From assembly GCA_043228905.1 (NCBI GenBank), contig JBHGNT010000008.1:7316001-7380000 (forward strand): a stretch of 64,000 nt of DNA, written 5' to 3'. Both the position numbers and the translations under genes were made by a program. This stretch comes from Azolla caroliniana (Eukaryota > Plantae > Polypodiophyta). Under the pieces are notes generated by a model, which did no database searches, had not been told where the DNA came from, and saw nothing but the letters and a program-made list of their open reading frames with translations. This document shows positions 54,266-64,000 of the stretch, in pieces. The stretch's first letter is position 1. Each line of letters begins with the position of its first letter.

Positions 54266-55798
54266 TGTTACCGGCCGGCAAGGAGTCCAAAATACGGAGT
54301 GAAGGAATTAATTAAATATGGTTGTAAATGAGCATAGTGTGGACGGACGGATCCCGAATAGGTGCGATAGGCACCGTTTTGTACTACGGGCCGGAAACCT
54401 ATTTAAAGGCCCGGACCCCATTGTAATCACAGCGGATAATTAATAGAGCTTATGATGTTTATACTTCTGTGTTGATTTCCGTGGACCGCAACGGCATACG
54501 CTAAGGAACAAGCGGAAACCAGAAGACGGCTGGAAGAGGCGGAGAAGGTTCGGACAGAGCTCCTCAGGCAACAGCAGGCGGAAAAAGAAAGAGCGGCGGA
54601 GGTACTGCAGAGGCTGCAGACAACATATCAAGGGCAGCTGACGCGCTACAGAGAGCAGGCGGAGGATACGGCGAATCTCATCAAGCAGTTGAAGGAGGAG
54701 CGACAAGTGGTGGAAAGTAGAGCGCAAATGGGAGCAAGTCGCATCCAGGATATCATGCGGGCCTGGTTGAACCAGACCAAGAGCTTGATTGACAACGGCT
54801 CCGTCAAATGGTGGACCAAGTGGGCCACGAATGCGGCGGAACTCCAATTGCTCCGGGCCGACGTAGAGAACCGGCGGAAGGAGGGAGATGATTGCTATAT
54901 GCTGACTTCCGAAGACTTCACCGGCATAAGAGATGAGCTGGCCGAAGACTTTCAAGCCTTGGCAGACGACCAACTAGGGCAAGTCCGGCAACTTGTAGCT
55001 CAGCTGGACGACGACAGGCTGGAGGCGCAGATCCAGTTTGAAAGCTACGAGAGGTCCCGGATCCGGGGAGAGAAAGAACGAGAACCGGTTACGGTCAACC
55101 TCAGTGATGAGGAACCGTTACTGGAAGGAGACCGGACCGGAAGCAGTCAAACGGAGCAACCAGAGTCAGAGAAACAAACGGAGCAGCCGCCTATAGAGCA
55201 GCCGGAACAACCGCAGTCCCAACTGCAACCACAGCAGCAGCAGCAAGCACAGCCACAACAACCACAACCGGAAGAACAAGTGGAAATTCTTGAACAAAGT
55301 ATTTTGGACAATTTGGGGGAACAATGAAGGGGCCGAGAAGGGTTCGACGTACAAGGTACTGTCCCACGGGCGTGCCATGTGTTACCGGCCGGCAAGGAGT
55401 CCAAAATACAGAGTGAAGGAATTAATTAAATATGGTTGTAAATGAGCATAGTGTGGACGGACGGACTGGAAACGGTATGCCGTTCCAGATCCGGACGGAT
55501 CCCGAATAGGTGCGATAGGCACCGTTTTGTACTACGGGCCGGAAACCTATTTAAGGGCCCGGACCCCATTGTAATCACAGCGGATAATTAATAGAGCTTA
55601 TGATGTTTATACTTCTGTGTTGATTTCCGTTCTGTAATTACTGTTATATCTTATGCGTGTAATTAACCAAAGCATTCTAATCGTGTAACCTACGTAAGTC
55701 GGTGTAATCGTTGAATCTTAATCCTATGCCGTAATCACCCTTTGGTGAAGTGTCTCCGTGACACCTTGTGTTAGGCCTTGTCCGGCTAGCGAATAACA
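54266..55798 (+). mobile_element. Internally deleted LTR retroelement with TSD CTAGC; tRNA-like sequence instead of a PPT before the 3' LTR
   Basis: Truncated LTR 54266-54482 and full LTR 55380-55798 (TGTTACC...ATAACA). CTAGC at 54261-54265 and 55799-55803. GTCCCACGGGCGTGCCA at 55361-55377. Orientation taken from LTR homology to 4852-5320, CCTATTTAA on +, and the + strand ORF. Confidence 0.88.
54476..55327 (+). CDS. 5'-truncated element-borne ORF: predicted coiled-coil, acidic and Q/P-rich protein of unknown function
   Basis: Frame of ORF 54689-55327 stays open back to the deletion breakpoint (WTATAYAKEQAETRRRLEEAEKVRTELLRQQQAEKERAAE...). About 280 codons without a stop; ends 52 bp before the 3' LTR. 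Confidence 0.6.
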   Translation, partial: FPWTATAYAKEQAETRRRLEEAEKVRTELLRQQQAEKERAAEVLQRLQTTYQGQLTRYREQAEDTANLIKQLKEERQVVESRAQMGASRIQDIMRAWLNQTKSLIDNGSVKWWTKWATNAAELQLLRADVENRRKEGDDCYMLTSEDFTGIRDELAEDFQALADDQLGQVRQLVAQLDDDRLEAQIQFESYERSRIRGEKEREPVTVNLSDEEPLLEGDRTGSSQTEQPESEKQTEQPPIEQPEQPQSQLQPQQQQQAQPQQPQPEEQVEILEQSILDNLGEQ

Positions 55799-56389
55799 CT
55801 AGCTACTCTTAATAGCTAATTGGTTAATTAGCTACACTTAGTAGCCAATTAGGTACTAGCAATAGCTAACTAGCTATTATCAACTAATTAGCTATAATCA
55901 TCGCTAATTAGCATCAGAATATGACCATAGTTAACAAGCTACTAGTAATAGCTAATTAGCTACATCAGAATATATTCTAATTAGCTATTGGCAATAGCTA
56001 ACTAGTTATTATCAGCTAATTAGCTATAACCGTCACTAATTAGCATCAGAATATGACAATTGCTAACAAGCTACTAGTAATAACTAATTAGCTACATCAG
56101 AATATAATCATCGCTAATTAGTTATTGGTAAAAGCTAACTAGATATTCTTAATAGCTAATTAGCTAACTTATTTAGCTATTCTTAATTTGCTATATCAAT
56201 AAGGTATTCTTAATTAGTTAATTAGATACTCTTAATAGCTAATTAGCTACTAGCAATAGCTAGTTATCTATGTGAAGAGGTAATTAGCTATTAGGAGAGT
56301 ATGATCATAGCTAATCAGCTACCACACTATATCTAACTAACTACATCAGGGCGCATCAAAATACTCATTGGACTCCCTTTTATTACGCA

Positions 56390-58190
56390 GGTCGATTTAT
56401 TTATTAGCTTCAGGTGAATGCATCCAAATATCAAAGTTCAACTATGAACATTCGAGTCTCTTAAGCCACACATTGTGAGACGCTTAAAGGATTGATACAC
56501 ATGTTGTTGCATTTACCATGTACAAATGGGTTTTCTTAAGGACTCTATTAATCTACTATGTCACCATAGCTCCTCCCTAGAGGATGTAGTCTGCACTTGT
56601 GAGTGCCCAAATTGTCAATCTAGCCCACAAGAGCACTATAAATCATCAGAGCACGTTATCTCTTCCATGAGTGATCTTTTAGATTCAGTATTGTGTCTGA
56701 GAGAATCTGAGGCTATCTTCCACAGTCATAAATGTGTCATGGGTTTATGTCAAGATTGTGGCCCTAGTAGATTTAGGTGGTGTCCAAAAGTGTTGAGTAG
56801 TGAAATATTAATCTCTATCAAGTTATTTGAGTCTATGGGCACCAAATTCGAAAGAAAGGTGTGTAAAAGAAAGCGTCTCTATTTGCAGTATCTCTAGGAA
56901 AGTTCATTAAACACAACTTCATTTATTCATGGTAGGCCCATTAGTTTAAGACTTGCATATCTAATTTTCCAAATGATGTAGTAGTCTCAGTAGTAGATTT
57001 CGTAGAGAATTATACTTTCAAGCAGCAGAATGAAATTCAATCCATGCATTGGTGTTTAGTGCAAGAACCATTTTTGTGAACATAACATATTTTCGAGTTT
57101 CAGGTAATGTTAAGAAAGTAATTCATTTTTTTATTTATGATGATAAGAAACATGATGCCTTGTTTGTCCAACACTGTTTTAAGTTACATTGGCAATGGTT
57201 ATTATGTCAACGTTTGGGGGTTACTCAACATTGGGTATGGTATGACGGAGCTGCATCACAATTCAAGGTTAGTCATCCATTTTATTTTGTTGGGAGGTAT
57301 CCTTCTATAATAGGTTTGGAGATGAGATGGATTTATTTTTTCTAGCCATGGTAAAGGTGAACATGATGGAGCAGGTGCAGTTATAAAGCGGGCACTTACC
57401 CATGAACAACTAAAGGCAGATGGTGTGCATATGAATTGTGCAACACATGTAGTCGAATTTTTAAGAGCTAATATGTCAACAAGTGCAACTGGTGTTTATT
57501 CCTTGTAGGTACGAGATATCAAACGTGAATTTTGGGAAGTGAAGATAGATGAAGTAAATAGGGAGAAGACCTAGGAGTGCTAAGGAATTCCCGAATTGCA
57601 TCTCTCCATGTTGTTCGAGGTTATTCTAGGTTGGATGGTCATTGTATTGTGGTTAGAGAATTAACTTGTTTTTGCTTCCATTGTGTGTAGGGAAATTGGA
57701 GGTGTTGTTTAAACAAAGCATATATTTAGAATTTGGAGTACCATACATTGAATGATAAGGAAGCAATTGATGGAGAAACAAAAAAAATGTTGACTTCACA
57801 TATCAGGGACGTGGAGATACTCTGAGTGATGTCTTAAACGTTGGGGATAATTTTGTTGTAAATGCAGAAGAAGACAATTCAGAGGGTGTTGATTTCTATA
57901 TATTGAAGTGCACGGTTTGTAAATAGTGTGCAACGTAGAATATTGTACTAGATGCTTGGGGAAATTTTTTATCTGCTAGGACATCTACATCAAAGGTATT
58001 TTTTATGCAAGACTAGATGATTACGGTTATGTGTATAGGCTTTTAGAAGACAAACCAATAGCGTACATGTACTCTCATTTGGTTAGGTGCATCAATGTCT
58101 CGATGTCGCAATACAATAGCTGCTCAGGTTTATACACAATTAGTGCTAATGTGTATGAATGTATTTACAACGATATACCATGGAATTTAT
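56390..58190 (+). pseudogene. Sola2-like DDD transposase remnant with many stops and frameshifts
   Basis: Cys-rich DLLDSVLC...KCVMGLCQDCG (56526-56897); VVDFVENYTFKQQNEIQSMHW (~56990-57052); DDKKHDALFVQH; WVWYDGAASQFK; HGKGEHDGAGAVIKR (57347-57391). This fits the DFxENY...QxEIQSxHW / DGxxxQFK / HGKGxxDG signature of Sola2 transposases. Confidence 0.82.
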
Positions 58191-58789
58191 AGCCACAAGG
58201 AGATGATACCAGTTTTCTTTTAAGACAAGCAGAGCACATGTATTGCAAAAAAATAGTTTAATAAAATCATTTGGGAGACCATCTTCTTTTTTATATACAG
58301 TTTTCTTTCTGTTTTTGTTTCTTAATAAAATCATTTGGGAGTTTTTTTTTTATATACAATCTTCTTTTTGTTCCTCTTTCTTAATAAAATCGTGTGTCTT
58401 TTTTATATAGTCTTCTTTCTTAAAAAACAGTTTAATAAAATCGTTTGGGAGTCATCTTTCTTATATACAGTTTTACTTATCGCAACTTTCAGTCTTAGTG
58501 TTTGTTCAATGTGCATAATGACGATTATACTGTATGGAATACATTTTGGCAATGGTTTTATTACTCTCAAGTGAACCATGTACAAGTTCAAACAGTTTGC
58601 CTAATTCGAAGAAAAAGCAACAACATGAAATTAGAAATCATGTACCTACTCTTAAAATTACACAATAGATAATTTACTCAAAACAAGCGATTCAATTCTT
58701 CATTGATTAATCTGTCATCAAATTACATATTTATAATACACCATTGGCAATGTCTACAAATTGCCTATAAACAACTAAGCTCTTGTTGG

Positions 58790-60960
58790 TCAGTGGAACT
58801 TCTCTACATATATGATCTGCATACTGTATGGAGTCAACAACCATGCAGTTAGTTGGCAACTCAATGTTTTCACCAAGTAGTTATCAAGCATTTCCTCTGG
58901 TAGAATGCAACGGCATCTGCGAAGGCTAAAGTAATGTTTGAAATGTTCTGTATCCACAATCAACGTATTGTCGGCATTATATTCGGGCCAAGTATCCCAA
59001 AAATCAGAAAGTCCAGTGCTCACATTTTTCTCGTGTCCACTGACCCTTGAAATATTGTCGCCACTTCGGGAAGAATATTGATACTGCTTAGCTATCTAGG
59101 TTAATTAGTTATTCTACTTAAGTATGGTAGTATCTAATTAGCTACATCTTGGCTAATTAGCTATTCTACTTAAGTATGGCAGTATCTAATTAGCTACATC
59201 TTGGCTAATTAGCTATTCTACTTAAGTATGGCAATAACTAATTAGCTACCACTCTTGATACTGCTTAGCTAAGCAGTATAACATTACATTGTAGTTGATA
59301 ACAATTAGGTAATTAAGCAAGGGTTAATTAGTACCTAATTATATGATTAAGTTAAGCAACAGAAGGTTATGTGATATGTGTGCGTATGTGTGTGAGAGGA
59401 AGTTACACTTATGAACAATAATGTAAACGGGGGATGATTAACGAGATTGTATATTAAAAAGCATCATCAAATACAAAAATACCCACAATGATGTATATAT
59501 ATACATCTCATGTGCAAAGGTGCACATGTGTGAGTAGGATATAGGTACAGAGGTATAAGTCCTATATTAAATGAACATGGGAGTGGAGGATTTACAATGT
59601 ATCCCACTCAAGTACAAAATCCTATCTAAGGCTTTAAGGTCAACACACTAACTCTATCTAGATAACTACTAAGTTACGTGTGTTGACTAACTAACTAAAT
59701 ATTGCTTATTTACCACAATAGCTAATTAGCTACTACACTTTATACCGGTTAGCTAATTACCTACTACACTACTGAACCATAACAGCTAAATTGCTACCAC
59801 ACTTTATACGGCTTAGCTAATTAGCTAAGATGTAACTAATTCGCTACTACACTATAAAGCCAAGCAACAATTTTACATATCGGCTTTCTCCACTCATATG
59901 GGAGAGTTGTATTGCAATCCCCCAAATAGACTGTAGCAATGTGATAGGCATATTAAAAACAAATGATATGGTATGTGTGTTGGCATGGTCGTAGGTGTAC
60001 CAACAGAGTAACAGTTTTATCCTCTATGCCTAAGCCGCAAGCGATGCAACGTGCTTGAACGTTCAATATATCGTTGCCTGGTTCTCCTTCGTTTGGTAAG
60101 GGAGCAAGAATGTTGAGGTTCAATTCTTGTCTGCTCCTTACCATCCCCTCCACAAAATGTAGTTGCTTCTTAAGGCAACTAACTACTTGTTCTTGACGGG
60201 AGTATTGTTCCTAGAACGTGGCCTAGAAATTTACCGATTTATCATTCCTTAATAAGGAAGATAGAACAACAAGAAACAAGAATCATTAACTTAATTGGAG
60301 GTTCTCCAAATTGTAATCGGTGACAATATTTACACCTAGAAGCTCTAGGTTCATTGAAATAACTTGGATCTCTGTTTGCAGTTGTATTTTCCATTGGGGA
60401 TACAATGGCCCCTCAATTTCGAGCTCATGTTGAGCAACTTGTTCTAAATAATGCCTCATTAAGCACATTTTCATGTACAAGTTATTTATAACAGGTTACA
60501 TACTAGCAAAACAATAGCTACTTGAATCTTATTTCTGATTGTTGTCACTACCAAAGTGACTTTGCTCTCCATCGTAGCAGCGAATGTTGCTTTCTCTAAA
60601 TCAGTCTTTGTTGCCTCCAATGTCTCACAGGCTTCATGGACCTTTTTTAGCATATAGCTAATCAATGTCTCACCGGTATCATCGACATTGGCTTTCATTG
60701 TGTTTCAGTGTGGTGTATACTTGCGGGTTTGTTGGGAGTTTGTAGTTCCATCATCAATTGCCATCAGAATCTTGCCATTTTTTGTTGCAAGCTCTCCATT
60801 TTCTGGCATCGTTCTACCAATGCCTCACCATAAACGGCCCAAGCCAGTTACATTTCAGGGTCCGTTGCTTCCTTCGTTGTTTTACAATACTCGTATGCAA
60901 AAGCTTTGGCGAATGCAACTGACAACTCATTGTTGATTGGGATCTCTTGATGTACTTTCT
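58790..60960 (-). pseudogene. Degenerate spliced cargo gene(s) with RING-like and NIF/FCP1-like segments
   Basis: CIACGLGIED...RPCQHTYHIICF (59953-60153) resembles a RING finger. LSDFWDTWPEYNADNTLIVD (58790-59023) resembles the C-terminal part of NIF/FCP1 HAD phosphatases. Helical ORF pieces at 60286-60698. Confidence 0.45.
59085..59850. repeat. Further TAGCTAATTAGCTA-family repeats (59085-59280 and 59690-59850)
   Basis: Three ~57-bp units GCTAATTAGCTATTCTACTTAAGTATGG.AGTATCTAATTAGCTAC, plus a second cluster near 59718-59850. Confidence 0.85.
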
Positions 60961-61017
60961 GTCAAGATTCGAACTCTTGACATGACCGTGTTATAATCGA
61001 GTGTTATGTGTTAACCA

Positions 61018-64000
61018 TGTTATAGGTTTTAGGGTTAGGGTTAATGGTAATGATGATTATCGATGACGAAGATAGAAATGGTGGAATAGTGAAGATGGTG
61101 GAGAGTATGATGGTGAGAGAGATTGAGATGAAGATGTTGACAAGTGATTGAGAAGCATTACGGGGTGGGGGGTGGTGCCTAGAATGGCTCCACCCCCCTC
61201 CCAAGGGGGTTCAACGTTAAGGGGAGATAGAAGAGAGAGATGACAAGAGAGAGATTGAGAGAGAGAGATTGAGAGAGAGAGAAATGGTTATTCATCATTC
61301 ATTCCCCATAAGGGGGTTAAATAGTACAAGAGGGGGTAGATACAAAGGGGTGTAAGCCCCCTAGAGCATTCATACTGGACACTCACTCATACCTCCTCGT
61401 ATCCATCCACATGCACACACGTGTGCATGTGTTCACATACGTATCGACTCACGATTACATTTATGCCCCCTAAAAACACACAACAATCATCATGATAACA
61501 TTTGACCCTCGCTCATCACATTGACTCTCCGTACATCTCGTACGGGGTAACACAATATGGCACGCCCGTGGGAAAGTGCCTTGCACGTCGATCCCACATG
61601 CCTTGATGATGATATTTCTTCGACCGGAACTTCCATCGGTCCTTTCAACGATCGACTCCCTCGATCGGAATGCTTGACTCGAACATCTTTGTCGGTCAGC
61701 AAATCGTTCGCGACACAAACATTCTCGTTTTGTCGGCTTACGAACTTCGTCATGGGTCCAAAATCATGTCGTATGTATGTGTGTTCTTCCTTTGTTTTGA
61801 GTGTGTGTGAGTAGTCTTGGGGATTTTCAAAATTCTAGTGGTGCCCTCTTATTTTTTAAAATTTTGATATGTACCCTTGAGGTTTCACAATTTCATTCAG
61901 CACCCTCAAGGTTTCAATATTTGTTACATGCCCCCCCCCTTTTTTTTCTTCTTTTTCCCTCTGTTTTCAATTTTATTCTAGGTTTTTCTCTTTATTTCTT
62001 CTTCTTGCTCTTGTATCTCTGTCTCTCTCGTGCTCACGTCTGTCTCTGTATGCCTTTCTCTTCTTCGATTTTCTTCTTTCTCTTCTTTTTCTCTCTTTCT
62101 TCTTCTTTTTCTGTCTTTCTTCTCCGTCTCTCCATGTCTTGCATGACTTCTTCCATTTTTCCTCTCTTTCTTTCTCTTCTTCTCTGTTTGTGCTGCTCCA
62201 TCCTTTCTTCTCCATCATTCTTTTTTCTTCCTTTTGCACTATTTATCCTCGTTCTATGCCTGTTTTTGCTTCCTCTCCTTCTAAAGCTCCATAGTATCCA
62301 TCCCTCGGCGCCAGTCGCCGTCTGTCTCTGCCTCTGCAACCGTCTCTGTGCGGCCACTGTCCGGCGTCATCGTCTTTATTAGCCCTATCCGGCCTATCTC
62401 TATTCCGGCCGTCGATCCGGCCGCTGTTCACCCTTCTATTCGTCCAATGTCTCTGTCCAGCCCTTTCGGTTGCCTCTCCGTCACTTTGGCCATCTCCTAG
62501 CTGTTGTTGTCCGTTGTCCGGCCGTTTGTCCGGCCGTTGTTTGGTCGTTATCGTCAGGCATCTTCGTCGTCCTGCCGGCTCTGTCTGACTCCCGCCACCA
62601 TTTCCGTTTTCTTCTCCGTCTCCAGCCACCAGTTTCGCCGTCTCTGTCTAGCACTGTCATTCATCTTCCGGTTCATTTGTTTATCTGGTCCGGTCTGTTT
62701 TAGTCCATCCGGCCGTTCTTACTGGCTGTTTCTGGTTATGCGCCCAACCGCTGCTGCTCTGGCCGACGATCCGTCGTCATCCATCATTCCGGTCGTTTCC
62801 GACTCTGTTGTCCTTCCACTCCGGCCGTCGTCAATTTCTGTTGCCTCTTCTGGCCTTCCATCTTTGTCACGGTTTCGGCCTTCCTCCAGTTGTCGGTGTC
62901 TTGCGTCGTCGCCATCTGGATGTCGTCATTGTCTTCCCGTCCGCGTCTGCATCTCTATCTCCGTCTCCGGCCATCATTGTTCGGCCGCCTATCCATCTTT
63001 GTTACGCTTCTGCCGTTGTTCGGGCGCCTCCGTTCCTACGCCGTTCGGCCACTCCGACTGCTCTTCGGTTGCTCTTCGGCCCGTTCAAGTCCGATCAGGC
63101 TGGTTTTCCGGTAGTCAGTTCGGCTGTTATCCGGCTACTCCCATCTCTGGCCATTCCAGTCGGCTCCCGCTCCGGTCACTATTGCTTTTCTCAAGCTTTC
63201 CATTGGTTGGTCTCTGTTTGGCCGACTCCATCTTCGTCCAGTGTCTCTCCGATCTTATTTCGGCGTCATCATTGTTCCTGTCGTCGGTTGTCGAGCCGTC
63301 GCCATCGCTCCAGTCCCTATTTGGCCATTCCCGCCGTTCTGGATGTTGTCCAACTACTCCAGTCGCTTTACAGCCGTTGTCTGGCTATTCTAGCCACTTT
63401 GACAGTTAGTGTCGTCCTTGTCTTTTTGGTTGTCTCTCGCACCACACTTTCCTGCACACACACATTGTCGTTAACCACACACTTGAACATACGTTTGTTG
63501 CGTATCCTTTTGGCGACCACTAAGGCGACCCCCCTTTGGAGACGAAGTCGAAGACTAGGATGCGGCAAAGACATGGCAACGATGAAATGTGCGAGAAATC
63601 AAATGGATGATGTGCGGGAAATGGTGATGTTGATTAGAAGCCGTCGAGGTCGAGCAATCCCATCGTGGTCGCCAAAAGGTGTTATAGGTTTTAGGGTTAG
63701 GGTTAATGGTAATGATGATTATCGATGACGAAGATAGAAATGGTGGAATAGTGAAGATGGTGGAGAGTATGATGGTGAGAGAGATTGAGATGAAGATGTT
63801 GACAAGTGATTGAGAAGCATTACGGGGTGGGGGGTGGTGCCTAGAATGGCTCCACCCCCCTCCCAAGGGGGTTCAACGTTAAGGGGAGATAGAAGAGAGA
63901 GATGACAAGAGAGAGATTGAGAGAGAGAGAAATGGTTATTCATCATTCATTCCCCATAAGGGGGTTAAATAGTACAAGAGGGGGTAGATACAAAGGGGTG
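61018..64000 (-). mobile_element. Young non-autonomous LTR retroelement (535-bp LTR, ~2.1-kb low-complexity interior) with tRNA-complementary sites at both LTR junctions; runs off the window end
   Basis: LTRs 61018-61552 and 63680->64000 look identical over the visible overlap except for a 14-bp GA-tract indel. PBS TGGCGACCACGATGGGA on minus (63658-63674). TGGCACGCCCGTGGGA on plus (61558-61573). CTATTTAA followed by a CT-rich tract on minus. No gag or pol motifs recognised inside. Confidence 0.9.

Larger units (their letters stand above)
53238..56345. repeat. Tandem array (~60-110 bp units) built on palindromic TAGCTAATTAGCTA with anchor AGAATATGACCATAGCTAA, interrupted by an LTR element
   Basis: More than 10 anchor copies in 53259-54240, with further copies in 55799-56345. 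Confidence 0.92.
51878..61017. mobile_element. Large decayed DNA transposon of Sola2 type with internal repeats and cargo gene remnants (right end not identified)
   Basis: Starts abruptly (TAGGGTGAAAGC) where the Copia gag stops. Contains a Sola2-like transposase remnant and the same TAGCTAATTAGCTA repeat family throughout. Boundaries are inferred. Confidence 0.55.

Noticed and set aside
55338-55377. tRNA gene
   Set aside because: Only T-arm and acceptor 3' similarity with an encoded CCA. No D-arm or anticodon arm was seen, so it is a primer-site-like motif and not a tRNA gene. The same applies at 61558-61597 and 63658-63674.
61025-61043. Telomere or interstitial telomeric array (TTTAGGGTTAGGG)
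   Set aside because: Only two units, part of the LTR and repeated at 63687; telo-box scale only.
61801-63728. Long + strand ORFs of 193-306 aa
   Set aside because: S/L/F/R-rich translations of low-complexity pyrimidine-rich DNA on the antisense strand of the LTR element, with no recognisable domain.

Overview
Eukaryotic nuclear DNA from a land plant. It is AT-rich with GT-AG introns, and the repeat repertoire suggests a fern or other non-seed plant (inference). Two intact spliced host genes lie on the + strand: a 21-exon FCA-like gene (2 RRM + WW, 10498-24120) and a 9-exon WD40 gene (27781-32066). Both flanks are stacks of transposons. Left (1-9.4 kb): degenerate Gypsy pol, a Copia scrap, an LTR-PBS-gag fragment and short repeats. 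Right (33.9-49 kb): an old Copia carrying solo LTRs and a hairpin-ended, Helitron-like element with captured aspartic-proteinase exons; that element in turn holds an RTEX-like LINE inside a (GA)n tract and a younger Copia. From about 51.9 kb there is a decayed Sola2-type DNA transposon with palindromic TAGCTAATTAGCTA arrays. The most striking observation is two LTR elements (54266-55798 and 61018->64000) with no polypurine tract. In its place, a tRNA-Arg-like 3' end (...CCCACGGGCGTGCCA) with a covarying hairpin abuts the 3' LTR. The element with both junctions preserved also has a normal tRNA-Arg PBS at its 5' LTR. This suggests an LTR lineage in which both DNA strands may be primed by tRNA or a tRNA mimic. 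All family assignments are from motif recognition by eye; no searches were run.
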